Below are positions 8,924 to 18,865 of a stretch of 55,954 nucleotides of DNA, one piece after another. Source of the DNA: Carpediemonas membranifera BICM (lineage: Eukaryota > Protista > Fornicata); the NCBI GenBank assembly GCA_019828565.1, contig JAHDYR010000056.1:1-55954 (forward strand), read 5' to 3'. Every line of letters begins with the position of its first letter. Within the stretch, counting starts at the first letter, position 1. Under the pieces are notes generated by a model that saw only the letters and a program-made list of their open reading frames with translations, did not search any database and was not told the DNA's origin. A program made the position numbers and the translations under genes.

Positions 8924-10800
8924 TTACTTCTTCACTGACCATCTCCTCCTCTTCAGCCCGGGAGGAACCTTGCGCAGAGTGGCGTGTCCCCTTGTCACTT
9001 CGACCGCATACTCGATTTCCCACTCGCGACACTGTTGGGCAAAACACGCCAGGGCGCTCTGGCCGTTTTCGTTGGGCTTAAACGCGACATGTGTCACCTT
9101 GCCCTCCTCAGACTTGCTAAAAACGTACATGCCGACGACTGGATCGATCTTTGGGTCAAAATCTCGGACAACATGGAGGTATGCAACGGACTTTCCAGTC
9201 ATTGAGCACCAGGCTTCAACAGCCCACTGAGTTAACCACTTCTCCTGCATGATTGGCTTACCGATGTTGCCCTCCTCCGTGACAGTGTGTACACTGCACA
9301 CTTCATGGAAAAGTTCGTCCCGGAGACCCTCCTCGGGCCGCCTGTACCCCGGAGTGGCCCGCCGGTTCATCTCTATCGCTTCCTTGTATATCTGCTCGCG
9401 GTAGTTGTCCGCCTTCGTCTCCGCTGCACACTGCTCTTCATTCGTCATCGTCTCCCAGCTCTTGAACGCATGAGGCTCCGTGACGCCCTCGATCATCATG
9501 AGGCAGTGTGTTATACAGTTGCCGTGGGGCAGGGTTTTGTATCTGACCCACTGCTTGCTCTTCTCCAGCTGATTGGCGACGTCAACTCTAAACTTGACTT
9601 CCCTGCTCCTCATCTGCTCGGAAGCTGGGTCGACGTGGTCGACCTGGACATATTCAACGTCCGACTCAGCCTCGAATGCCACCTCGTTGTCTGCCTCTTG
9701 CTCCTTATCTGCCTCACGCTTCTCCTCTGACTCTGCATTCACCTCTGACTCAGCCATCTCGTCCTCCTGCTCCTCCTCCTCTGCCTCACCCTCCTCCACT
9801 GGCTCCTCTTCCTCCTCTGACTCCTCCTCCGAGTCCTCTGGCCTGGCCTTCTCGGGCGTGATGATGAGGGCCTTGCGCTTCACAGACATGGAGGCCTCGG
9901 GCTCGTCCGTAGTGCGTCGGGGACAGGAAGTCCTGGAGACTGTGCCAGACTGTGGCGGGATGGGGCTGCATGGGAGTGATGCATCCATGGACTTGTCAGC
10001 GTCATAGGCTGCCTCTCGCTCAGCCTGCTGCTGCAGAAGGCGTCGATGCAGCGTGATGACTTCCTCACTCTTTGCCGTCAAGCTCTTCCTCAACTGCTTG
10101 ACTCTCTTCTTGTATCCTCGAACAATTTTGTGATAGTAATCGATGATAGCGCCAGTACCTGGGGGGAGCAGGGGCGTACCTTCTCCCGCGGGGGTCTCCA
10201 ACCATTCCAGGGCGATGATGTACTCTTCGAAGTACGAGCGGCAGGAGTGCTTCATGTAAGCAAGGTCTGCCTCCTTGCTGCGCACCCTGGCAACCATTGC
10301 TGTGACATGGTCGCGCACAAGCGCGTTGGTGAATGTCGCGTTGCGCCACGCCCGAACCTTGACACTCAGCGCCTCTTTTTCGATACGCGCGCCCTCATTC
10401 TCCTTGGCATACTCAGCCCTCTTGGAGTTCTTGAAGGCTGTGACAGCGGCCGACTCAAACGCCTTCATCTCCTTCTCCGTGAAGGTTGCCTCGATGTTCT
10501 CGTTCGAGGTCTTATCCTGCACCTGCTGAGACAGCAATGCCTCGAGTTCTGCCTTCTTCTCGCCCTGAATCTCGAAATATGAGCACAGGTGGTTAAAGTT
10601 GATCCCTATATAAACATTTGCACCAATTACGTACCGTTCTTGACGACTATATCGAAGATATCGTTCTCGTCGAGCAATTTGTCCCGAAGAACGGCACTCT
10701 TCGCCTTGTTTGTCTTCTTCTCCTTGAATTCGGTGATAACGGCCTCAATCACATCATCTGAGGTGCTCTCGATCCACTCGTGAAGGAATTCGAACGTCAT
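8924..10800 (-). CDS. Coiled-coil/acidic protein with C-terminal OTU-like cysteine protease domain; one 29-nt intron (10606..10634) (cargo)
   Basis: Splicing GTACGT...TATAG joins exon 10800..10635 (MTFEFL...VKN) in frame to 10605..8924, giving 615 aa. YKTLPHGNCITHCL is DGNC-like; a distal VTRGHAT supplies a His. Confidence 0.6.
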
Positions 10801-11711
10801 TCTTCTCTTCGTTATATCCCAATAATGGACATATAACAGAGATGAGAAAATTGCCAGTAACCGTAGGCAACGGGGTGTCGGAAACGTTATACCATACAAA
10901 CGGGGGATATAATCGCTCCGAAAACACCCATTATGTGGACTGAATGGCGATATAACGTATGGGGAGTGATCCGGCGAGCTTTCGGGCGGTGCAGGCTAAG
11001 ACACACCAAGTCTGTGGTGCTATAACGTACCTCGGGACGCACTGTGGAGGCCCCTAGAGTACTCGGTCATGGCATGTCAGACCAAGGGTCCCTCAAATCT
11101 GGCCCCATTCAGGATGCTCCCCCTAAATGTTCCGTTGCAAGCGTCTGACGGGCGTTCTCTGGATACCGACCAAGATGGAGGTCACGTGGATGAACGGACG
11201 ATAATTACGGTATTCTGGCCATGCCTGGTACTCTCAAATCATATATACTGATCTGTAGTTCATTTATAGTTCATATCGTATGATCATGATGGACTTTTGG
11301 TACTTGATGTTGTTTAGAGATAATTGTTGCTTTAATGATGCTCTGCGCCCGCATACTGATGTTTCTTAGTGTTGTGCACATGCCTACTACGTTAAAGCCG
11401 CCAGTATTCTTTCTATTCTTAAGTTCGCCATTTCAATCTCGTTGCGAGCATAAAGTGCACATTGTGAAAGGAAATTGGGTGGTTATATAATGGATACAGG
11501 GCAGGAAAAGGTACACGAATGCCGTCCTGAGGTTTGGCATGGGATACTGATCTCATACGTCAAAAATGGGCGGTGGTATTCGAATTTCAGAATTTCGGCA
11601 TGTCCGAATTCCGAGGCAAGCGGGTAGGGTGTACAAAACCTGGCCTGGGTCCCTACTGGAGCTAATAGATAACAGTATCACCGTGTATTCGGTTTTCAGA
11701 AATATAACTTG

Positions 11712-11909
11712 TGTTGGTATTGCAATTTCAGAATTACTTCCAGTACCGGAGATTGTCTTAGAATTTGGATGTTCATGACTACTTTAAAATTTTAAAAAGT
11801 TCCCATGAACCCACTCCAGCTCAGGATTGCGGATCTGAGCCAAGTTTAGGTCGAATCCAAGTATTTGATAATTTTGTATGTACGAAATTCTGAAATTGCA
11901 ATACCAACA
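11712..11909. repeat. Perfect 24-bp inverted repeat pair (11712..11735 / 11886..11909)
   Basis: TGTTGGTATTGCAATTTCAGAATT and its exact reverse complement, with a 150-bp spacer. Confidence 0.85.
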
Positions 11910-11922
11910 GAAAACTCGTGTT

Positions 11923-13110
11923 ATGGAGGTTCTAGCTGCAAATAACGACGATATTGTTAAGCGCTGGTCTGATAGAGGTTCAGTGAAGACGCGTAGTGTG
12001 TACAAGAAGCACCTGGAGGACGTTTTGGCCAGCATTTGCCAGGAAACAGGCGCTGAAATGCAGAAGGGCATCGAGATTGTCCGAAGCGACAACGTTACGA
12101 CTTATTTGGCGCATTATTTCGCTACAAAGACGCCTGCTATGGCTAAGAGGATCGTTTCGGCTGTTCAGTCTTTCCGGAACTTCGACTTGCCACATCCCGC
12201 GAAGCCGTTGTCCTGGAAAGAGGAGGAAGAGGTGTCGCCTGCATCAGTTGAGAGTCTCCCCAGCCCGTATGGCGCCATTGCCATTCTGCTCAACCAGACG
12301 GGCTGGGAGTATTCGTATCTCCAAGGTAATCTCCCCGATGCGATAGACCTTACCTCGTGCCCGAGCTGGATGGGCTTTGGCACGCTCAAATCGGGATTCC
12401 CGCAGGCCAGTGCTGTATCGGAGGCGCTCAAGGTTCAGGGGTTGACGGTTCGCATGCTTCGCTTGTCGCAGCGGATCAACGTGTCCACCGATAGGATGCA
12501 GTCTATCGGCACGCTAGAGCGCCGCGGCAGACCGCGGGAGAAGCCTCAGAAGGTCATTAAGGACAAGCGCATCAGCCTGACCGATGAGCAGTTCAGGCAC
12601 CAGTTGGCGTCCAGTCACTTAACGACCACGCGGCGCCCAACGATCCTCGATCTCAACCCGGAGATCCGAAGCTCTGCCGACCTGGTGCCGCCGATGCTCG
12701 ATGACTGGCTTTACAACAGGCTCAAGGCCAGAATGATCGAGCTTCACGATACTAAGAAGAAAGAGAGGCAAAGCGAGGCTGACAAGGAGGCGGAGTTCGG
12801 CTCGCCGACTCGCGAGACAGAGATGCCAGAGGGCGAGAGAGAGGGCGATACTGACGAGGAGGCGGTGTCCGACGAGCCAGCTTACCAGGCAGAGTGGATG
12901 CACTACGAGGTGCCAGCTCGCGAGGAGAGCGCCTTTGGTGAGGAGGTGGACTTATGCAAGAGTGCCGATGAGGAACCAAAGATCGACCACGACGAGCATG
13001 GCGGGGAGGTGGCGGGCAGAGATGGTGATGGGGAGATTCAAGAGAACGTGATTGATGAGGAGCGCTCAGAGAGCGATACTGCCGACAGTATCGTCTTTTC
13101 CTTCATCTGA
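11923..13110 (+). CDS. Hypothetical protein with AT-hook-like RGRP motif and acidic tail (cargo)
   Basis: ORF 11878..13110, likely start MEVLAAN at 11923 because the upstream ATG runs through the inverted repeat; ERRGRPREK; D/E-rich C terminus. Confidence 0.65.
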   Translation: MEVLAANNDDIVKRWSDRGSVKTRSVYKKHLEDVLASICQETGAEMQKGIEIVRSDNVTTYLAHYFATKTPAMAKRIVSAVQSFRNFDLPHPAKPLSWKEEEEVSPASVESLPSPYGAIAILLNQTGWEYSYLQGNLPDAIDLTSCPSWMGFGTLKSGFPQASAVSEALKVQGLTVRMLRLSQRINVSTDRMQSIGTLERRGRPREKPQKVIKDKRISLTDEQFRHQLASSHLTTTRRPTILDLNPEIRSSADLVPPMLDDWLYNRLKARMIELHDTKKKERQSEADKEAEFGSPTRETEMPEGEREGDTDEEAVSDEPAYQAEWMHYEVPAREESAFGEEVDLCKSADEEPKIDHDEHGGEVAGRDGDGEIQENVIDEERSESDTADSIVFSFI

Positions 13111-13274
13111 CATTGTAAAGAGGAAGAGTTTATGATTGGAGCATAGCGGATGTCCATAAACACCATTCATAAGCCAGTCCTGTCTTGTTTTCCACTGCTA
13201 CTTCTCTCGTTGCGACGCACAGCTAGCTGTCGCGAAATGCACTTTAAGACCAATTTTCACACAGCTACCTGTGC

Positions 13275-14570
13275 ATGGTGTTCGAGCTAGATAGCGACAA
13301 GCTGGAGCGACTTACTTCCTTACCTGGTAATAGTAGACAATATCTGCACGACTTTGAACCTGAAAAGCTGCAGGTCGTGATCAAAGTTGATGAGCATTAT
13401 GATATGGAGGTTCCCACCCTGCTAGCGCTCAAGGACAGTCCGCATGTCCTCCCTGTCGTCGATACAGGTTTTGTCGACCGTGATCCAGCCTTCATGGCTC
13501 CTTTGGTCAACTGTACCCCCTTCGCTGACATCTGCCAGGCTCACTCCAGCGTGCAGTTCCGCTATGTTTCGCATCTGCTGCAGGCAGTATGCTACATGCA
13601 TGACCACGGGGTTGTCCATTGCGATATTAAGCCAGACAACTTCCTCTTCAGCAAGACTCAGAAGGGATACCTCATTGATTTTGGGTCTGCAATGAGGAAG
13701 CCGGCTAATGGCGACGACAGGTGGGCCATACAACTGAGATTTGTATCCGAGTATCGCGGCACCCATGGATATTTGCCCCCAGAGCTGTTCTACGAGTACC
13801 TTGTCTCGCGCTCAGTGATTACTGCTGCACGCGACACCTCCAAGCTCGCGCGCATGACGGCAGGGGCTCTTTCCGTCACTTCTTATGTCGTGACACCTGC
13901 ATCGGACATTTACTCTTGCGGTGTAGTCATTTTGATGCTCTTTTACGGTCTCCCCAAGTCCCCCTTTGCCGCGAAGGTGACTGACATGGGTGCAAACATG
14001 GCGCAGATCGACAACAAGAAGAAGAAGAAGATGCTGAAGCTTGGTAGCTTGCTGAACTGGTGCCAATTCTATGGTGGGCAGTTGCAGTTGTCACCTCAGG
14101 CACAGACACATTTCAAAGATTGCCTCGAGTGTGTCAACGTGAACTCTGAGCTCCCGATTCGCGGCACCACGCCACCTACTTGTCTCAGCCTGTACGACCT
14201 GGCAATGCAGATGCTCCACTTCGACCCAACAAAGCGTCCCACTGCTGCCGAATGTCTTGACAAGCTCAAGGTCATCATGCGCGTGCATGAATGCGTCGCC
14301 AAGCCGAGTCCGCTTCTGTTAGATGATACAGAAGAGGTCACCCTGTCTGCAGCTCAGCGAAAGAGACTGACCGACTGCTGTCAGCGAGGGTTTGAGGGTC
14401 AAGTCTTCTATCGGCGCTGCATAGTGTGTGGTAGAGACCTTCATGGACGCGAGAACGTCAGCTGTGACACATGCCACAAGGGATACAGGCAGGTGAGCAC
14501 CAATAAGTGCGCAAAAGGTGTGCGCGGAAGACTGCACAGGCAGTTTATTGCGATGATTGAGCGGACGTAA
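13275..14570 (+). CDS. Ser/Thr protein kinase with C-terminal Cys cluster (cargo)
   Basis: VVIK, HCDIKPDNFL, DFG, GTHGYLPPE, SDIYSCG, DPTKRPTA; C-terminal CIVCG...CDTC. Confidence 0.9.
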   Translation: MVFELDSDKLERLTSLPGNSRQYLHDFEPEKLQVVIKVDEHYDMEVPTLLALKDSPHVLPVVDTGFVDRDPAFMAPLVNCTPFADICQAHSSVQFRYVSHLLQAVCYMHDHGVVHCDIKPDNFLFSKTQKGYLIDFGSAMRKPANGDDRWAIQLRFVSEYRGTHGYLPPELFYEYLVSRSVITAARDTSKLARMTAGALSVTSYVVTPASDIYSCGVVILMLFYGLPKSPFAAKVTDMGANMAQIDNKKKKKMLKLGSLLNWCQFYGGQLQLSPQAQTHFKDCLECVNVNSELPIRGTTPPTCLSLYDLAMQMLHFDPTKRPTAAECLDKLKVIMRVHECVAKPSPLLLDDTEEVTLSAAQRKRLTDCCQRGFEGQVFYRRCIVCGRDLHGRENVSCDTCHKGYRQVSTNKCAKGVRGRLHRQFIAMIERT

Positions 14571-14773
14571 AGAGATTGATACTTTCTGTGATGCAGGAAT
14601 GAGATCAATGCTGCTGACAGGTCTCGAGATGGCAGAGGTGCTGGAGAAGAGAGCGCAGAAAAGGCATCAGAAGTAAATGAACGAGGTAAATTCCAGTTCG
14701 CCGGAGATGATATCCTTCCTCGTACGCGGCATGTGTCTTGGGTCTTAAGTTCGCCATTTTAATCTCGTTGCGA

Positions 14774-14887
14774 GCATAAAATGCACACTTGTGCATTCGA
14801 GTACAGTGACGAAATCCCTCAATATGCTACCAGCAGTGCATTTAATAACCAATATCAACGCCGAGACGCGTGTAGTTCGGAGCCATG
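14774..14887. repeat. Internal repeat, partial inverted copy 3
   Basis: Reverse complement of 8640..8753. The adjoining 14743..14787 also matches 11417..11461. Confidence 0.85.
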
Positions 14888-15008
14888 CATTCAAATGGCT
14901 GATAATGCACTCGTCCTTATCTTAATACAACATCAACTCCTTTTCTCCGCAATGCGGATGAGAATGCCTATTCTCGTGATCTATAACTACCAATCATGTT
15001 TTCGTTCT

Positions 15009-17564
15009 TTACTCATACTTGCCGCAGATGCACACATCCAGTGAGATCTCTCCTTCCTCATGGACATCGATGTCTAACCATTGCCCGTCAAACACGAGCC
15101 CTACCTGCCTCAACACCTTCTTCCATAGACCATCCACTTGACCTTCAAACAGAGGTAACAGTTTCTGACAGTCTCCCTCGTCCAATGTTCCAGTGCCCTC
15201 GCTCCGAATACGGATCCAGTGTTTGGCGTCCTTGCAGCAGCGATGGACGCGCATTGTCTTCAGACGTATTTGGTGGGGAACGTCTGTTGACTGTCGCCCA
15301 TACGAGACGACGCCACGGAGGAATCGGTAAAACAACTCGACCTGCTCCTTCAATATCGTTCTCTCAAGGACCATCTGGTTGCGCCTTAAGTGTACTCTAC
15401 TTTCCTGATTGCCAATAAAGTCGCGCTCGAATGACTCCTCAATAATCCGGCCAAGTGGGACTCGGATTTTTGACTGAATCTCCGGCAACACAGCAACTCG
15501 CGCTAAGCCATGAAGTGTGTCGATGGAGGGAGCCTTCTTGGCTACCTTAGACGGCGGCCGGATTGGAATAGACTCCGACACGGTGCTGGTCGTGCTCAGA
15601 CACATTGTCAGTGAAAAGAGGTGAACAAGCAACGCTGTCAGTCGATGCCAGGTGATAATGTCATCTGTGGCCTCCTCGTGAGAGTAATAATGCTCTTGCA
15701 GGTAGGCAACGAGTCTGAAAAGTGGCTGAACGGGGGGAGGGAATGCCATGTAGAGACCGTTTCCAATTGACGCGATCATCTTCCTCCCCTTCACTTGCTC
15801 ATTACAGCCAGTCGTGCGACTGGGAGGTTCAAACTTAGCCAGCCTGGCGAGGTCAGCGTTTCTGGCCTTCTTGGTCTTGATTTCCTCCGGGGTAGAGTCT
15901 GGGTCGACCTCAATTGGCTTGAACATCCGACAAATGTTGTGTATCAAGGAGACGAAGTCATGACTGAGGTGCATGATCGGCGGGACAAGGAAGATTTTGC
16001 CCCTATCGAGAGTTGGGTCATCCGAGTTCTCGAATAGGCTGGGCATGATGCACTTATTCTTCTTGTTGTAGAACGACCCCCACTTCTTCTCTCTATCCAG
16101 GACTGTCTTGTCCTCAACAGACATCTTCTTCGCATACATCACGTCTGCAATCGTGTTTCGTGGGGTGAGACCGAATGGGCTCCAGGCCTTATTGTCAGCA
16201 TGTACCGAGCTGAATGGAGAGGGATAGCTGCCGCCAATCAAGGTTCCACAGACTTTTGACATCGCTGGGTGGTCTGCGATGAACATAACGCGAGTGACAC
16301 GGCACAGGAGACCGGTATTTCTCACCTCAAGTGCCTCGCGATGGGTACTCTCGACTGAGCGCTCGATGAAGTCGAAGAATTCTCCAATGCGCTTCTCTGG
16401 TCCGTTGTACTCGAGTATGCGGAAGGGTGGTGTTCCGCCTGACGGGAAGACTTTGCCGGAGACATCGATAAACCGAACCTTCACAGATGTAGTCAACCCT
16501 CGCCATCCATCGACCCAGACGAGAAGATCAAGCGGCACTGTCTGAGTCTCTTCAGCTTGAGTCTGCGCTGTCAACTGCTTGCCCACGTTCTTACGAGCAG
16601 CCCTTGACCTCTCGAGATCGATAGGCGAAGCCACCGCCTGGCGATAGTACCGCATGAGGTCAAACTCAGCGTGTTGCACATGGGAATACCTGCCGCTAGA
16701 CTGGAGACGCGGGTTGAGACCGGCTCTCTTCATCACGTCATTATGTGCAGTTCGCTTCATTGCCGATTCGTAGAAGATGCACACCGTCGTACCTCTGAGC
16801 ACTTCAGTGTTATAGTCGTCGCCGTCGAATGTAGCGTTGACTTGTTCGAGGTCTGCGTCGACGTGGGTAATCAGGTCGAGGTCATACTCGCGGTGATCCT
16901 TGTCCGTCCTCTTTGCTCGTGTCTCTTGAGTGATCGCCATGGGTATGTAGCCCTTTAGGGCCTTTTTCAAGTTCCTATGCGACTTGACAATGGTCTCAAC
17001 GTCTGCGATGTTCCGAATGCTGCACTGAAGCGACTTGACTTGGTTTGTGACCTGATTGATGTTGATAATGTCAAGGTTGAGTCTCTGTGCAAGGGCTTGC
17101 ATGATGTGAATCTCGTCATTGACTGCATTCACGCCGATCGTGATGGCCCTGAGCTCGTTGGACACCTGCAGAAGACGTTCAGTGTCAGCAATACGCTTAA
17201 GTAGACGAGCATTCTCTGCCTCGAGGCCGAAGCTATCAGAATGCAGAACATATGCACCAACGTAAAGGTGACTGGGACCAGAGCGGTGTGCCTTCTTCTC
17301 CTTTGAGATGCTAGTGGATGATGGCGCTGGGTAGAGATTGCTAGAAATAGCCTCACGCGATACAGCGCCGATATTGATTAGTTCCTGCGCGATGCGGGCT
17401 AGCTCGAGCCTTTGCTGGTGTTTGGAGGTATCAAATCCGTTAATACGGCGATCCACTGCGTCAATCGAGAGCCAGACGCTGCAAAGGATGGTATTGATGT
17501 CATCAGTGCCCTCCGGAGCATAGATAGATCCGTTAGACAGTTTCCACTTCAGTTGAAGCGCCAT
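15009..17564 (-). CDS. DDE transposase, CMC(CACTA/Chapaev)/Transib/RAG1-like, divergent
   Basis: 851 aa. LLVWVDGW (D1), VMFIADHPAMSKVCGTLIGGSYPSPF (D2, D-x-PA-x2-K-x2-G pattern), PPIMH, IIEESFER (E). It lies inside TIRs with a 3-bp TSD. Confidence 0.72.
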   Translation of the reverse strand: MALQLKWKLSNGSIYAPEGTDDINTILCSVWLSIDAVDRRINGFDTSKHQQRLELARIAQELINIGAVSREAISSNLYPAPSSTSISKEKKAHRSGPSHLYVGAYVLHSDSFGLEAENARLLKRIADTERLLQVSNELRAITIGVNAVNDEIHIMQALAQRLNLDIININQVTNQVKSLQCSIRNIADVETIVKSHRNLKKALKGYIPMAITQETRAKRTDKDHREYDLDLITHVDADLEQVNATFDGDDYNTEVLRGTTVCIFYESAMKRTAHNDVMKRAGLNPRLQSSGRYSHVQHAEFDLMRYYRQAVASPIDLERSRAARKNVGKQLTAQTQAEETQTVPLDLLVWVDGWRGLTTSVKVRFIDVSGKVFPSGGTPPFRILEYNGPEKRIGEFFDFIERSVESTHREALEVRNTGLLCRVTRVMFIADHPAMSKVCGTLIGGSYPSPFSSVHADNKAWSPFGLTPRNTIADVMYAKKMSVEDKTVLDREKKWGSFYNKKNKCIMPSLFENSDDPTLDRGKIFLVPPIMHLSHDFVSLIHNICRMFKPIEVDPDSTPEEIKTKKARNADLARLAKFEPPSRTTGCNEQVKGRKMIASIGNGLYMAFPPPVQPLFRLVAYLQEHYYSHEEATDDIITWHRLTALLVHLFSLTMCLSTTSTVSESIPIRPPSKVAKKAPSIDTLHGLARVAVLPEIQSKIRVPLGRIIEESFERDFIGNQESRVHLRRNQMVLERTILKEQVELFYRFLRGVVSYGRQSTDVPHQIRLKTMRVHRCCKDAKHWIRIRSEGTGTLDEGDCQKLLPLFEGQVDGLWKKVLRQVGLVFDGQWLDIDVHEEGEISLDVCICGKYE

Positions 17565-17629
17565 CTGTCAGTCGCTCTTTCAAGAATTCTAAAGATCCTA
17601 AAAATGCGTGACTTCGAGAAGATCATCTA

Positions 17630-18865
17630 ATGCCAGCCACGGAACTAGAGATGAAGCGTGGAAATGAAGGAACTACTCCGGACACCCGAGAGACGAACTC
17701 TCAGAAACGCAAGCCGATGGTCAGGTGGAATGACGCCGCAAAGAGCGAATGCAGGTCGGCTCTCATGATTGGTATGCTCAAGGCATTCTTTTGCATCACC
17801 GTTGATGTGTTTGGAACGGATATGACTGGTCTATCTGTCCGTAAGGTGGCGAATGCCTACAATCACATCATCTCGGTGTACTTGCAGCCCTGCCACCCTG
17901 ATCCGACATTCTTTGATGGTATCAAGTCCCTCACGGCTGTATCGCAGGGTAGGCTTGTCATTGGGCATGTTAAGGAGTGGGCAACCCAGTCTTGCCACTG
18001 CAACATCGGCATTTCTGATCAGGCTCCTTCGAGAGTGTTTCATAACCTTTCTCGGGCCCCCAACCCGGTGCGATCGGAGCTTCTGACCGCGATGAATAAG
18101 ATTTTCACGAGAGTTGGCCTGGACGTCCCCCAGAATTTTGATTCGCGTCCTCTGTCCCTTAATCTGGTGGACCTTTCGGCACCCGACATATTTACTGGTC
18201 GGACGAAGACGTTTTTCAAGACAGCAGAAATCCCCCATTCCGTGCCGCAAGTGAAGCAGGAGGTGAAGGTTGACCCCGTTCGACCCTCTGAGTCTATCTC
18301 TAAGCGTAACGTCATGCTACTCGATGACGTCCATCGCATGACACAGCGCATGTCGGAAGATCTCTCTCAGCTCAAAGAACGGCCGGTAACCGCTGATTCA
18401 GACTCTGACGATGATGGAGAGAACCTCCTTGACTTGCAGAAGAGGATGCTTGCCTTCTGTTGCGGCCATTGCCACAGCTTGGACTGGGTTGGCAATCTCA
18501 ACACGTCAAAGTTTGTCTCGTGTGGAGAGTGCGGCAGGAACTTTCATGACAATTCCGTTTGCGTGCCTGCTCGTCCGGAGAAATGTTCAAAGACTGCCAA
18601 CTGGACGAAAGAAGCCAACAGAAAGAAGTCCTCGTGGAAGTTCACATGCCAGGCTTGTGTCCAGGAGAAGACTTGTTTCGCATGCCAGAAGAACGCCTCG
18701 GTATATCATTGTCGGATGTGTGGGCACTGGTTCTGTGGTAACAAGGGCTGTATGGGCACCACTGCCGTGAAGGTCGTCATTGACGGCGTGAATATTCCCA
18801 AGATCCGTCTTTGTGACGATTGCCTTGAGAACTTCAAGTCGGTGGTTCAACAGTCGGAGCAGTAA
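17630..18865 (+). CDS. PHD-finger plus FYVE-like zinc-finger protein (cargo or transposase partner)
   Basis: CGHC...CGECGRNFHDNSVC...FTCQAC (C4HC3), then CFAC...YHCRMCGHWFCGNKGC...RLCDDC. It is head-to-head with the transposase across a 65-bp gap. Confidence 0.75.
   Translation: MPATELEMKRGNEGTTPDTRETNSQKRKPMVRWNDAAKSECRSALMIGMLKAFFCITVDVFGTDMTGLSVRKVANAYNHIISVYLQPCHPDPTFFDGIKSLTAVSQGRLVIGHVKEWATQSCHCNIGISDQAPSRVFHNLSRAPNPVRSELLTAMNKIFTRVGLDVPQNFDSRPLSLNLVDLSAPDIFTGRTKTFFKTAEIPHSVPQVKQEVKVDPVRPSESISKRNVMLLDDVHRMTQRMSEDLSQLKERPVTADSDSDDDGENLLDLQKRMLAFCCGHCHSLDWVGNLNTSKFVSCGECGRNFHDNSVCVPARPEKCSKTANWTKEANRKKSSWKFTCQACVQEKTCFACQKNASVYHCRMCGHWFCGNKGCMGTTAVKVVIDGVNIPKIRLCDDCLENFKSVVQQSEQ

Noticed and set aside
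15009-18865. True ProtoRAG (RAG1L/RAG2L) orthology
   Set aside because: No kelch domain, the genes are divergent rather than convergent, the TSD is 3 bp rather than 5 bp, and there is no RSS-like heptamer/nonamer.
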